Part shown: positions 25,231 to 37,907 of the stretch, piece after piece
Layout of the letters: the number at the start of each line of letters is the position of its first letter
Numbering within the stretch: the stretch's first letter is position 1
NCBI GenBank assembly: GCA_016748015.1
Contig: JAAOMT010000234.1
Location: forward strand, 1-43,155
DNA length: 43,155 bases
Direction of reading: 5' to 3'
Source: Geosiphon pyriformis uo1
Taxonomy: Eukaryota > Fungi > Glomeromycota
Made by a program: the position numbers and the translations under genes
Notes under the pieces: generated by a model
What the model was told of the DNA's origin: nothing
The model's input: only the letters and a program-made list of their open reading frames with translations
Database searches by the model: none

Positions 25231-27496
25231 TATCTCTTTATTAGCACTTTAAATTAGTTTTGTTCTTGACATTCTATTTTATTATGATGTCTCATGCTAT
25301 CTAAATCAATTAATCCATCAATGTATGTTACTTTATGAAATGTTTCGAATCGTCCTCTAGCGATTTCAAGAACAATAAAAATCTTTAATATAATAGTTAT
25401 TATTTTATTATCAAGTGGAATATATAGTGAATTTATGCTCGACTTTGCATTAATTTAAAACAAGAAAGAAAAGATTATTACATTGTCATGTTTTTTTTTT
25501 TAATATATTTATTATCATAATATATTTTTTATTATTATTTTAATATAAAAAACTGCTAAAGCGTTCATTTTTTCTAAAACGAAGTTGGTTTTAAATGTTC
25601 TGTTTAATTATATTATTATGTTAGAAAATATAGTTTATTGTGAATTAAATTAAGTTTTGAATAAAATATGTTTAAAACCCTTATTTCAAACTACATTTAT
25701 ATTTTTTACATATAACTCTTTAAAATATTTTTAAAATAAAAATATTAATTTCCAAAAAAAGATTTAAAAATTGAAATTATTTAATAATGACAATATTTTA
25801 ACCAAAAATTATTAAAAAAAAACAATAAGCTATAAGGCCTTAAAAAATTTTTTTATAAAACAATTTTCAATAAAATAATTAAACCATTTTCATATTTTTT
25901 AATATATTTATCTTTAATTTCATTAAAAATAATTTTCTAAAATAAAATATATATAATTTTAAAACCAATTTTTTGTAATGTGAGTTAAAAGACTATAAAA
26001 TTTTTTGGAAAAAAGTGGTTCTTTAAATTTTACATATTACTTTGTCACAGTCTTGAAATTTGGGTCTTGGGTTCTAAAAATTTTATTTAAAACCAGTTAT
26101 ATAAAAATTGTTATAGAAATCAAAAGTAGTGGGAAGTATACTTTATTTGTCAAAGATTGAAACTAAAAATAGCAAAGAATTATATTGAGATCTTAAATAA
26201 ATGAATATAAAGATTAGCTTGTATTTTTAGATTACAGACTCACAAATGGTTTTCATGTTTGAAATTTTTATAAATTTATCAGAGAATATTTAGCTTACTA
26301 ATGTTTATGTGTGAGCTGAAATAATATTTTTGGAGTTAATAAAGAGAATTTTAATGTCGAAGGAATATGCCTCACCATTAACGAGGCACAATAATTGAAA
26401 GAGCATTAGGATTATTAAAAGTATTTGTAAATATATTTACTAAAGTATCTTTATGATTTTAATATTTATTTTATAATTGGTATAATGTTTAAACATAAAT
26501 TCACAAAATATTTTTCTATTGTTAAGGCATTTACACACATTTTCTACTTTGAAGCCAAAATTTTTATTATACAATAACCGTTTTTTCGATAGAGGCCTTG
26601 TAAGTTTTATTCAACAAGAATATATAGTTTAAGAATATTCTAGATTTGTTTTGGCTACTCTACCTAAAAGACTCCGTAGTATGGAAATATATTTTATCCT
26701 TAAGTCAATGTTTCATAACTTTATACTTGCGTTTTTCAGCAAGGTTTTGACAACTGTACACATTTAGCTGGTCATTGCAAAGGTGTTTGACTATTTTTTT
26801 TACAGAATTACAAATTCGAATATACAATAACTCTGCCAGTAAAACTTTTCAATATGAGCGAAAAAAAATTTTATTTTATAAAAATTGAAGCCGAGAGTGA
26901 TTAATAATTTTGAGAGTTTAGAGATTTCACTATGTCTGTCAAATCAACGCTCTTAATCGATATTAAACATACGTTAGGAGAATTTGAAATTTCGCCAGAG
27001 ATTATTTAGACAAAAATAAAAATCGATTGAAATCTACTCTGTATAGATTGATTTAACTAGTATATATATTGGAATCAAATGTGCATCAGCTGATTCAATT
27101 GATAAGATTTACTATATATCATGGAAACACAATCGAGAGAGGCTCAGCTTGGTTGTGGTCAAAGTTGTTAGATCATTTTGGTTTGAGAAATAGCATTCAT
27201 GCAACCTATATATGTCATTCATGAACGAATATCTTTACCTTTTCATCAGTAAAAAATTCGAAAGAAGAGTTACACCGATTCTATTGATTTACAAATTCTT
27301 AAATTTTTTTATTTGTAAACGAAAACCATAGTGATTCAAGGTAAAAAATTTGATAAATCCTAATTTTTATTTCTGGTACAAATATTTTTATTTGAAGTTT
27401 CAATCGCTAAAGCAATTTTATTTCTTTTCCAAATAAGAGGAAATGAAAGTGGAGCAAAGCGGAGAAAAAATTCAAAAACGACTCAGTAAACCAAAC

Positions 27497-28373
27497 ATGA
27501 ATTCACTCTATACCTCAACTATGTCAACCAAAAATAAACGTCAAAATTGTCAAAATGCTTGTTTAGTTGATTATGTTGATCATTTTACCATGGTATGAAA
27601 AAGGTTTTTTTGATAAATGCTAAGGAAATTTTTGGTAGAATCTCTAAAATCTTTATATATATTTTTAGGTATCAGAAGCCGCAGGAGAAGTTGTGAAAAG
27701 TCTCAAAAGATTTCGTACAACTTTTGATGATTTACTCGTTACAAGAGATCATTATATGGTACCCTCGAATTTAAAATTTTCCCTTTTCTCGATTGGTGTT
27801 GATCGAATTACTAAAGGTCCACAGTTCAACAAAGATCGAAGATCCAATCAAATTTCTAAAAGAAGTAATAAGAGCACGAAACGAGAAAATAAAAGGAAAA
27901 AGAAAAGTGAAGAATTTTCTCCTCAATCAGCTATGGATTTGATTTGCAGCAATAGTGACAAGGAGACATCATTAGCCTCAGGATCGGGATCGTCTACAAA
28001 CAAGTTTAAAGAATCAGTATCACCTGCTAGTGTGGCTTCAGAATCAAAATCCTCAGCTTCAGGTTGTGTCACTATTGAAAAAAAAATTGAAGATCCAAAT
28101 AACAAAGCATGCTGCACAGAGATTGAAGCCAATTCCTTGAATAATCATTTTACCAAATATTTCAAACGAAGATTTCCATCTTCAACTCGTAATGACTTTC
28201 AAGTGGTTAGTAGAGAACTCTTCTGTTTGAATGCCTATCCAAACTCATCTGAATATTTTGAAAGGGAATTAAAAAAATATTTGCGTCAAGAAGAGATTCC
28301 ACAAAATCACAGTACATTGAAAGCTTTTCAAAGATGGATAGCAATTGAAATACGGGAGAGAGGGGTTCTTTGA
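27497..28373 (+). CDS. Hypothetical protein, ~266 aa, 2 exons; basic NLS-like stretch, Ser-rich linker, helical C-terminal domain
   Basis: Exon 27497-27592 (MNSLYTSTMSTK...DHFTM), intron GTATGA...TTTAG 27593-27668, then exon 27669-28373 in frame with the 226-aa ORF. Contains KSTKRENKRKKKS. Locally raised GC. Confidence 0.65.
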
Positions 28374-28738
28374 GTTATACTTTAAAGTGTTGATGTCATT
28401 CGATTCCTTTATTTTGCCTAAATTTCTTAATATATTCTATATCCCATTGAATATTGGGCTTATCAAAAGTATAATCACTCGAGCGTTTTACATGCTTTTA
28501 AATTTTCTCTCTAGTGCTCAAACAAGAATTGTATGGATAAAATTCAAATTCATAAAAACCTTCTTAGCAAAATATGCGTGACAAAATAGCGTTTAAATTT
28601 TTGATGTTGATTTATTTCTTATTTCAAAAAAGTTACGTTAAAATTATTCGCTTTGCCAGTTAGATATTTCTAAAGAAAATTGATTTCAAAAATAAAGGTA
28701 TAACAATTTTAGCTTTTTATTATTATAATAAAAAAACT

Positions 28739-29104
28739 ACTCCTAGCAAGACTTCCATGTCGTGTTCTGCCGTTGTCACCATATAGCCCGGATCTCAACC
28801 CTATTGAGAACATCTGGGCTATATCGAAGCATATTATACGGAAAATTTAAAAGGAATGGCGAAAAAAGGGGCCTCTCAGAAAATTTTTATTGAGCTAGTA
28901 AAATAAGCATGGGCAAACCTTTCAGAGAAGGTACTTACTAACATTTGTGACATATATACTCGTATTCAAAGCTTGTATAAATGAAGGAGGCTATGTTAAA
29001 TATTAATTTTATATAAATATTATAGCATTGGTATTAAATTGTCTTCAATAAAAAGATTTTGTAATTTAAAAGAAACTGTTTGTCATTATTTTCAGCCAGG
29101 ACCG
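28739..29104 (+). mobile_element. 3' fragment of the same Tc1/mariner element as 18691-19430 (part of the inverted duplication)
   Basis: LPCRVLPLSPYSPDLNPIENIWAI...CINEGGYVKY*; terminus ...ttcagccaggaccg|TA at 29104. Confidence 0.85.
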
Positions 29105-29579
29105 TATATAGTTACTCCTCTGCTCTTTATATGTATTTTATTTTCAAACAAATGACTCTTGATAAATCTTTTCTAAAAGTTTTCTATAAATATCTTTTTA
29201 TTTAAGAAATTTCATGATCCTAATTTTGCTACAAAGGGAAAATATCTTCTATATTTAAATAAAAATTGTGAGCATACAATAAAATCTAATTCATAGATAT
29301 TCATATTTTGAACATGAGTGAATTTTTGTAATGTGCTGACGCACAGTTCTTTTTGGTGTTAGCTGTATTATTTCTTCATCGAATTCTTTAAATATTAAAA
29401 CTTTTATTAAATATTACAACTTAACTAAAAAATTCTGAAAATGTTAAATTTTTTTAAATAAAAGTTCCATTTAGTAAACATGAAATTATTTCTCCGATTT
29501 TTGCTTACAAGCAATCAGTGATTTAATGAGGCCTTATTTATTCTAGTATCTTTCGAATGCATGAAAGGAATATTGTATT
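28739..29579. repeat. Arm 2 of the ~850-bp inverted duplication (partner 18183-19046)
   Basis: Reverse complement match, including about 480 bp of non-transposon flank. Confidence 0.93.
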
Positions 29580-30000
29580 CTAAGCTGCTTACATTTTAAA
29601 AAAAAGATCTATGAATGATTTCGAGTGGTAATAAATAGAAGTCTTAAAAAAAATTTAAAATTTTCATTTTTGCATTTTCTTGATTGGATTTCACTTGAAA
29701 TAGAATAAATTATAAAATAAGTCAAAGATTTTTTTCATTTTAAAGCACTCATAACATCAATATGATTCAGATTTATTTCATATATGCTTTAAGGCTATGT
29801 TTTACAAAATATATTATTTTGCAGAAAAATAGCTGGCAAAGTTGAAAACTTTGGTCAAGCTAGTATATATAATTTCAAACACATGATTATAGAAAAGCGT
29901 GATTGTATAGGAATTCTCTATATAGTCACAATATAATAAAATTATCCTATATTACTATTTTACAGAGATATCTACTGATATAAGATCTTAGACCGGGTAA
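29580..30000 (+). pseudogene. Diverged inverted copy of 32410-32839, including a degraded version of the 70-aa ORF
   Basis: ctaagctg..., taaagcactcataacatcaatatg and (I)AGKVENFGQASIY...IIEKRDCIGILY align to rc(32410-32839) MASKIKTFGKANIY...VIVKMSDCIGPLY. The ATG has become ATA and stops follow. Confidence 0.7.
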
Positions 30001-32373
30001 TCTTTTTTCGTGTACTTTTGCCAATATTATTTTAAATTTTAGATCTGTAGTGTTTTTGATTGTCATATAAACTATTTTTATATTAGCCAAATCAAAGCAT
30101 AATTTGAGACAATACATTTGAATTTGAAATTTGCGAATCAAATTTCTAAAACAAATTTCTAACGCTTCGCTTTGATATTTTTTTAATAAATTTTTGTAAT
30201 TAATTGCAATTTATATAATATTTATTTATAATTTTATCTTTAATATTTACAAAAATTGAAAATTTATAAAAAAAGTCAAATTTTGTTTTTGCATATGAGT
30301 AATTTATTATCGAACAAAAAACTATTAGTTGATTACTTTTAACTAAATATCATTAGATATAGTATCATAGATACTTTAAGATTTATAGAGTAATTGAAAT
30401 TTGTTAAAATTTAAGTACTCTGCATAAGATTTTAAAAAGTTCACCAAAACATGAAAAAGTTTAATAAAATTAATTGAAACTTTTAGCAATAGAAACTAAA
30501 ATATTATTTTATTAAAAATCATTTAATTAATTACATATAATGTTTATTTTTCAATATTTTTTGAAAAATTATATTCAAAAATAAATATTTTCTAAATATT
30601 ACAAAGATTTATCATTCAAAATAATTTTTTTTAATTGGAGACTATCAAATAGGGTGTGCTGCCACAAAACCAGACAAAGTAAACACTTTTTAATGTATTA
30701 GCTCAAAGATTTTATCTTTGCTATTTTGTTTGTAAATTTTTATTTCTTTTTAAATCTTTATTTTAATTACTAAAACAAAGTAGTAAAGAGCTTTTATTTT
30801 TTTTGTTAAAAACTGTAAAATTTTTTAAATCAACATTTAAATTTAGTTATTTCTAATTTACAAAATACTATTTAATTCAATGTCAAAAAAAAGTTGATTG
30901 ATTTAAATTTAGTAATCTAACTTGATTAAAAATTTAAAAAATTCATTGGTTTAACATCAATTACTTTATTTTTTTTGTAAAAACTGCCAATAAATATTAT
31001 TAAGTAAAATACAATTATGAAATAATTAACTTAGCTTATTTTTTTTTTATTAATGCTTATACATTCCATCGACTCTACTAGTTACACAAAGTGACTATAG
31101 ACGTAGATCATGCGTTTACAACATGTGACCGGCCACTCGCTATTATAAACATTTAAAATTGCCATTTATTTCAAGTTTAATAAAATTTTAATAAATCAAA
31201 TATTTATTTAAAAAACAGCAAAATTTTTATTTTAAATTAATATCAAGTTTGTATAATTTTAATAATAATAAATGTAAAAAAATTAAAGTAAAAGTGGCTT
31301 AAATAATTAATGAATCCTAAAAAAATAATGGTTATGTTTGAATTGTGTTTATTGTCTTAACTTTTTTAAAAACTACTTTTGCAATTTTTTTAAATATATT
31401 TGTTTCAAAATATTAAGTGTTTCAATTTTAAATCTGAAGCCAAATCTGTAATAAATTTTCTATATTTTGATTAAAAATTTGAACTATATACACTAATTAA
31501 AAAAAAGTAAAAACATAGAAAACTTGTTTTTAATAAAAAAATTATACACAATTTAGTTTTTCTGCAAATATTAAATACAGTATATTCGCACTAAGGAGTT
31601 TACAATTTTTAAAAGTTTTTTGTTTTATAAATAAAATAGAATACTAAAAATGATTTTAATAAGAATAATTTAATTTTTTTAAGAAATACACAGACATTAT
31701 AAAGTATAAAGTTTTGAAACCAAATTTTTTTTAATACACTATCATATTTTTATTAAAAAAAACCAATCACTTGTAATTTGCTTATAAAAATATTGAGATA
31801 TGCACAAAAATTTGGCTTTTATTAATGCTAAAATTGAATACAAAGAAAGCAAACAAAATGGCAAGATTTAAAAAAGAGCAATAATATTTCTGTCTAATTA
31901 TAAAATTACTTATTAAACATTTTGCTAATAATTTTTTGTAAATGAGAAAAGAACAATTAAATCAAAAAGAAAGGAATTTAATGGTTCTAGAAATCTAAAA
32001 GAAAAAAAAGGTGGTACTTAATTATTAGAGCAGCAAGTTGTAGATTCAAGTGGGTATAAGATACTTTTTCTTTTGTGCCTTCCAGTCAACATATTTTATT
32101 TATTTATTCAAAAGAATAATTTAAGACTGGCAAATATAAGATTAGTAATATCTTTTTACTGCTTCCTATAATTTTTATCTGATCCTAAACAATATTTCTA
32201 TCCTTTATTTCTCTCTTTTTTGTGAAAACTCTTTTTTTTTCCAGCAAATACGATATTAGCCGACGTAGTATTTTTTTGCACAATTTATGATATGAAAAAT
32301 TAGTATTTATTCAGAAATGTCTGTTGTACTGAGAAAATTGACTCTGAAAAAAAATCTTGAATTGTTTGATTAC

Positions 32374-32586
32374 TCAAAACGGAACAGTGAAACAAATGTC
32401 TAACCTTATACCTGATTTAAAAGATCTTATATAAGTAAACACATTATATGATGATTTACTGTAAAGAGGTCCTATACAATCGGACATCTTTACAATTACG
32501 AGTTTAGAGTATTCCCATGGGTATGATTTTATAGAAGTATGGCTATATATATTAGCTTTCCCAAAGGTTTTAATTTTGCTAGCCAT
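32374..32586 (-). CDS. Small hypothetical protein or exon (70 aa)
   Basis: Open frame preceded by a 3' splice-like TAG. The diverged paralog at 29829-29930 shows mostly conservative amino-acid changes. Confidence 0.4.
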   Translation of the reverse strand: MASKIKTFGKANIYSHTSIKSYPWEYSKLVIVKMSDCIGPLYSKSSYNVFTYIRSFKSGIRLDICFTVPF

Positions 32587-33501
32587 TTTCTATAGAATAT
32601 TATATTATCTGAAAGATAGTTTAAACATATTTGAAACATATTGATATTATGAGTACTTTAAAATTACATAAAATCTCCACTTATTTTTAATTTATTCAAT
32701 TTCGAGTGGAACACAATCAAAAATACGAATATTAAAATCTATTTACATCAACTTTTATTATAGAAATTTATTTTTAAATCCCATTATTATTTGGGCTTAA
32801 AATAATTCACAGACCATTTTTAAAACATTAACAGCTTAGAGAAAAAACCAATGAAGTAATTAAATAATTTACCAAATTTTAAAAGCATAAATATATTATA
32901 AATTTTTAAATAAACTACATCTCAATAAGATTTTAGTACTTGAAAAAAATTAGTTAACAGAAAATGTGCAAAATAATAAAAATATATATGTTTTAATTAT
33001 CAAAGTAAAATGAAAGGACTATTTATCTGAGAGAGAAATCGTTAATCCTCCTTGGGAATGCCATTCAGATGCAGAAAGTCGAAAATCTTATCAGAATTTA
33101 AGCTTTTAACCAACCTATTATATATGCTTGATATAAATCGCTTTTAATTTTTGGTACGTCTTATAGTCAAAACTATAAATTTAGTATTTATTATGTTGAA
33201 TATCTAGATATAAAAGAATAAAGAGATTTATGTTTGCTAATTAAGTTTGGGATAAAGACTGAAATTGGAAAATTGAGTTTCAAATGAATAACTAATTTAC
33301 TATGGATATGCCTAGGGTAAGTTTCTCACCTATTCATAATGGTTAGGAATCAGAGGGTAAACAAAAATATTCGTCCCACAAAAGCTTACAAGACGTGGAA
33401 AACCAAAAGTGAGCAAGGATATGAATTTGAATTTTATGAAAAAGTTACATTTTCTTATGGTATCTCCATATCGAATTTCACTGATCTATAATTTTATATT
33501 T

Positions 33502-33819
33502 TTATTCACAAACTGCGACTCCACATTGTTCGCATGTTCTTTCCCCAATAACACATTTAAGTTGCTTACAATTCTTAATTTCATCAGACGAGCATCTCAC
33601 TTTACGGCACACCTCACAAGGGTACCCAATGCGTCTAGCTGCAAACCTAATCGTGAATTGAGTTGGAGCTTTCGTAGAATTAACACCTTTTTCGGAAGTG
33701 TTATCGGGAGAACCGCTGCTGTCAGGTACTTGATCAGCCACAATAAAAGTGTTAACAGTAATCAAAGCAAAAATCAAAAAGGCCAAAAAAACTTTGTTAA
33801 AGGTTGATTTGGGTATCAT
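33502..33819 (-). CDS. Small secreted cysteine-rich protein 2 (105 aa: signal peptide, Ser/Asp-rich pro-region, RR site, 8-Cys domain)
   Basis: MIPKSTFNKVFLAFLIFALITVNTFIVA; Cys pattern C-x2-C-x4-C-x7-C-x4-C-x6-C-x2-C-x4-C. Paralog of 17067-17342. Confidence 0.85.
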   Translation of the reverse strand: MIPKSTFNKVFLAFLIFALITVNTFIVADQVPDSSGSPDNTSEKGVNSTKAPTQFTIRFAARRIGYPCEVCRKVRCSSDEIKNCKQLKCVIGERTCEQCGVAVCE

Positions 33820-34903
33820 AGTTAAAGCTTTTTTCAGGATGGTTTTTTATTTCTATGAAAAAAGCTGGGCTAAGTTAATAGGATTTTCTTACTTTAATAA
33901 ACAAAATTTGGTGATTTGAATCTGACAAGCGAAATGGATCCTTTTTATAAGAAATTTCTCGACGTTTTAAAATTTTGCCAAAGTTAATAAGTATTAGTAA
34001 GAAGTGAAATGATAATAGGAAAATTCCCAAAGTTATTTTCAATGGTTGAATGAAAATGACCAACTTTAGATACAATATTGTCAGGAAAAAGTACCTTGTA
34101 TTGATGATGCAATATTAAATGAAAGCAAATTAATTCTTTATGATCATTCAAAATGCTAAATTGTTTTAGACAAGTAAATGAATTTTTCTAAAAAAATCGA
34201 GTCCTAAAAAAGATCAAATACTCATAGGGAATGCATTTTTACATTAGAAAAATAGAAATCTCATAGCCAAATGCGCGTTGATTAGTTTGCCTATTCAAGA
34301 TCTCCATGATCACATTTCAGTGCCCTATTCTGTAGTGCAAGGGAAAAAGGATAAATTTTACCAACAAATAAAAAAAATTTGCGTATTCTTATCTTGCTAA
34401 TTTTTATTGATTAAGCAGTAATTGAAATGGATAAAATCAAGAATTTCAACTGAATTTTCAGAATTTCGATTATTACTTTTATGAAAGGCTACTATCAGAG
34501 CAATATACGCTAATTAATTGCCCTTAACATAAATTTAGCAGATAAGATAGCAAAATGAACAAGGAATTGGCAAACTCATTGTTTCTATGACCATGAGCAT
34601 TCCTTGTTTTCTTCTAAATCAACTAGGCATCTCTCACCGCTTAAATTAAAAATGCAAGCATTGCTTTTGTCCATCCTAAAGCACGCTAGCTTGAACAAAG
34701 CCTCACTAAATCACTGATTGGTTGTTATTTGCGGTATAAACCACCCAGAATCTTTTACATAGAATTTTGAGGCATTTAAGAATACCTTGCCAATGAAATA
34801 TTCAGGTATTAAACAAGCTAAAAAGGAAGGCATTCCAGTTAGACAAGTTTTTTATGATTCCACAGGTAGGTAAAACTTTACCACATCCAAAGTTTGTTTC
34901 ATA

Positions 34904-35728
34904 CAGTGGCTCACAAAAGTCATCGTGTCACCCAAGAACAAAAATTTCGCTAAAGGTAGTCGCGTTTCTTATGTGATTTTATTGCATGTTTTAGATTGTC
35001 TTGATAGATATGATACTAAACCTGGAAGAGAGTCCTTAAGAATAAATTAACAATCTTTTGGCATAAAAAAAATTACTATATTATACCTGAAAAGTTGTTC
35101 TCGGAAAGGTGTAACACAAGCTACGGCAATGCGCACAAAAAAAATTCAGAAAATTCCACAGATAAACAAAGGCCTAGACGCCCGCGACTTTTAATCAAAT
35201 CTAATGAATGAAAAATTGATCGTCTTTTTTCTGCTCAAGAATGTTTAACAGTAGTAGAAATATTAAAATCAACAATAACAATGATGTTAATATTGAAACT
35301 GTTCTTAAAGCCTCTGGAAAAATCGTTCACAAGCACGAAAAAAACCCTACCTAAAAAAATACATCAAAAATAACGATTAAACTTTGCGTAAAAATATAAA
35401 AATTGGACTATCGAAGACTGGAAGCCTATGAAACCACTTAGAAATCGGCATGTACAACCAACTGTAAACTTTGGTAGAGATGGTGTGAGATTGTTTTATA
35501 ATGCACGGCGTTGGAAATCTCTGTTATATTTAATGGCGAAGGTTATATTTAGAGATGATTTTATTGGAACATTAAACCAATTTGAATACACAAGATATCA
35601 TTTTCAAACAGAATAATGACCCCAAAATTTACCAAGAAGTAATTTGGAAACATAATATTGAGATTCTTGATTGGCTCCCACAATTTCCAGACCTAGATTC
35701 TATTGAACACGTGTGGAATGAGGTCAAG
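34904..35728 (+). mobile_element. Tc1-like DNA transposon relic, truncated at its 3' side
   Basis: Left terminus TA|CAGTGGCTCACAAAAGT. Degenerate motifs RRPRLL, KKPYL, RLNFA.KYKNWTIEDWK, HVQPTVNFG, QNNDPK and ILDWLPQFPDLDSIEHVWNEVK. Confidence 0.88.
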
Positions 35729-36899
35729 TAATATTTTCAGTTATCTTTAGTCAATTAACTTTTAAGTTTGAACTTTTAAATTATCACATTTATAATTGAA
35801 TAACTGCCTAACAATTAATTAAAACTTCTTTTAAAACTGAGAATAAAGAAAGCTCTTAAACTGCTCTTATTTTTGAACTCTTTTCAAGTAATTCAGACTT
35901 TTTGTCTCTAATTTTAACATTTAATATAATGAATAACCAATACATTTTTCAAAACCAAAATATTCTGCTAGCTTTTTAAAGAATTCAAATAGCTCTTGAA
36001 TAATAAAACACAATTCTTTCACCTTTGTTTTGAGGAGATGCTTAGAACCTAATAAAATAGTTAGAAGATTTTGAGAAAGAAGCAACTGCCAATCGATATA
36101 ATAATAAATATAAGTTTTAGATTGTTCATAAAAATTTTCTGCCATATAGTTTACTCAAAAAATAAATAAAAATGCAGCTCAACAAATTGTTCAATAGTTT
36201 TCCGAAAATGCAGAACATAATATCACATTTTTTACAATCTGATTCGAAGAAAATTTTATATTATTTATGTTAATATTAAAATAAAGAATAAAACTTGAAA
36301 AAAAATTTAAGATTTAGAAGTAATGGTAGCCAAATATATAAACATGTAGATTTTGAAAAAAACTGGGCCAAAAAACAAAAGATACATTTCTTTACAAAAG
36401 AATTAAAAACTGATTTGTTTTATGTTCTATGACCTTTTTTTATCTTCAAATATAAAAATTACCTTTAAATATAACAGTAAAATTAATCTAGCACATCAAA
36501 AATAATTAAAAAATACATTTAAATATGGTTTTTCTTCTTTATTAACTTTTTTAATATCGCTTTGCTCTCGAATAACTGTTATTTCTTTTACTGTTTGTGC
36601 TTAAAATCTAAAAAAAACAATTAATAATAAAATAATCACAAATTATTGAAATAATTAGCCTAAACAGTTTAAGAAAATCAGAAATCTTTAAAATCTTAAT
36701 AATACTCATGTTTTAATTAACAACAACAGTTTTAATACGATCAAAAACTCTAAAATCAAGATTTTTTAGTATGTTAATAATGTAAAATGACTGGCTATAT
36801 ATTATAAAATTGCAACAATTCTCTAATGCCTCTTCTAAATCTTTAAAATAATAATTAGCAAAATGAAAACTATAACAGTTATGCTTTTAATCAAAGACC

Positions 36900-37874
36900 A
36901 AATCAAGTTTATGTAAATTTTTTAAAAAAAAATCTATTAACTAAAGCAACAAAATCCTAGTTTTAAACTGGTAGCCACAGCTGCTAAAAATAAGAATACA
37001 AACCAAAAAAAGAAAACTCTTTATTTAATTTCAATTTAAATAATAATAATAATATTGAAATACAAGACCCAAACATTAAACCATCTAGCCATACAAAGTC
37101 AAAAAAACAAAAAGTTGAATTTGATCTTAATACAGCTGTTTTAACATTTAAAAACAAGAATAAAACACCAAAAACAAAAAAATTTAAAAGTTTACCCAGT
37201 TAAACTTTTAAAAATTAGATTCTTATTTAATAATTAAAAATTTAATGAAAACCCCAGTTTATATTATCTTTGGCCAGTTTATAACACATTTACAGTTCTA
37301 AAAAAAATTAAAAATTTCTTTAATTTCAAAAACGAAAATGCTAAAAACCAATAAATATCTCTATCATTCAGTTTTTGCCAATATTAACAATATTATCTTT
37401 TTAATTTGTAAAGCCCGAATAACTAGATATTTTATAAATTTAATTTTAGATGAAGGTTTCTTAGTTATTATTATAACTCAGCATTTTTTGAAAACAATTA
37501 GAATGAAAATAGATGAATCTTTAAGATAACTAATAACCAATATAAATAGAAATAAAAAAAAGATGAAAATTACGAGGACTATTTCAGTACAAATTAATAA
37601 CCAATATAAAAATATCTGAAATAAAAGATTACACAATAATTATAGAAAATAAATAGTTAAAAAAAGCCAAGACTTTACTAAACTACAAATTATGTGAGCT
37701 TATCATTTAATATGATAAAAAGCTAATTATAGTAAAATGCTAACATTAAACTGTATTCCCAAAAATAGCCAAACAACAATAACAGACTCAAAACAATAAT
37801 AACAAAAATAATCACTCTAAAAAATTTGATAATATTTAAGATAATAATAATAATAATAATAATAAATAATAACA

Positions 37875-37907
<33 letters not shown>

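Noticed and set aside
33409-33807. 132-aa plus-strand ORF
   Set aside because: Antisense shadow of secreted peptide gene 2. No equivalent ORF exists at the paralogous locus.
35921-36145. 74-aa minus-strand ORF
   Set aside because: Lies within the decayed region adjoining the retroelement. Probably an element-derived fragment, and it cannot be supported as a gene.
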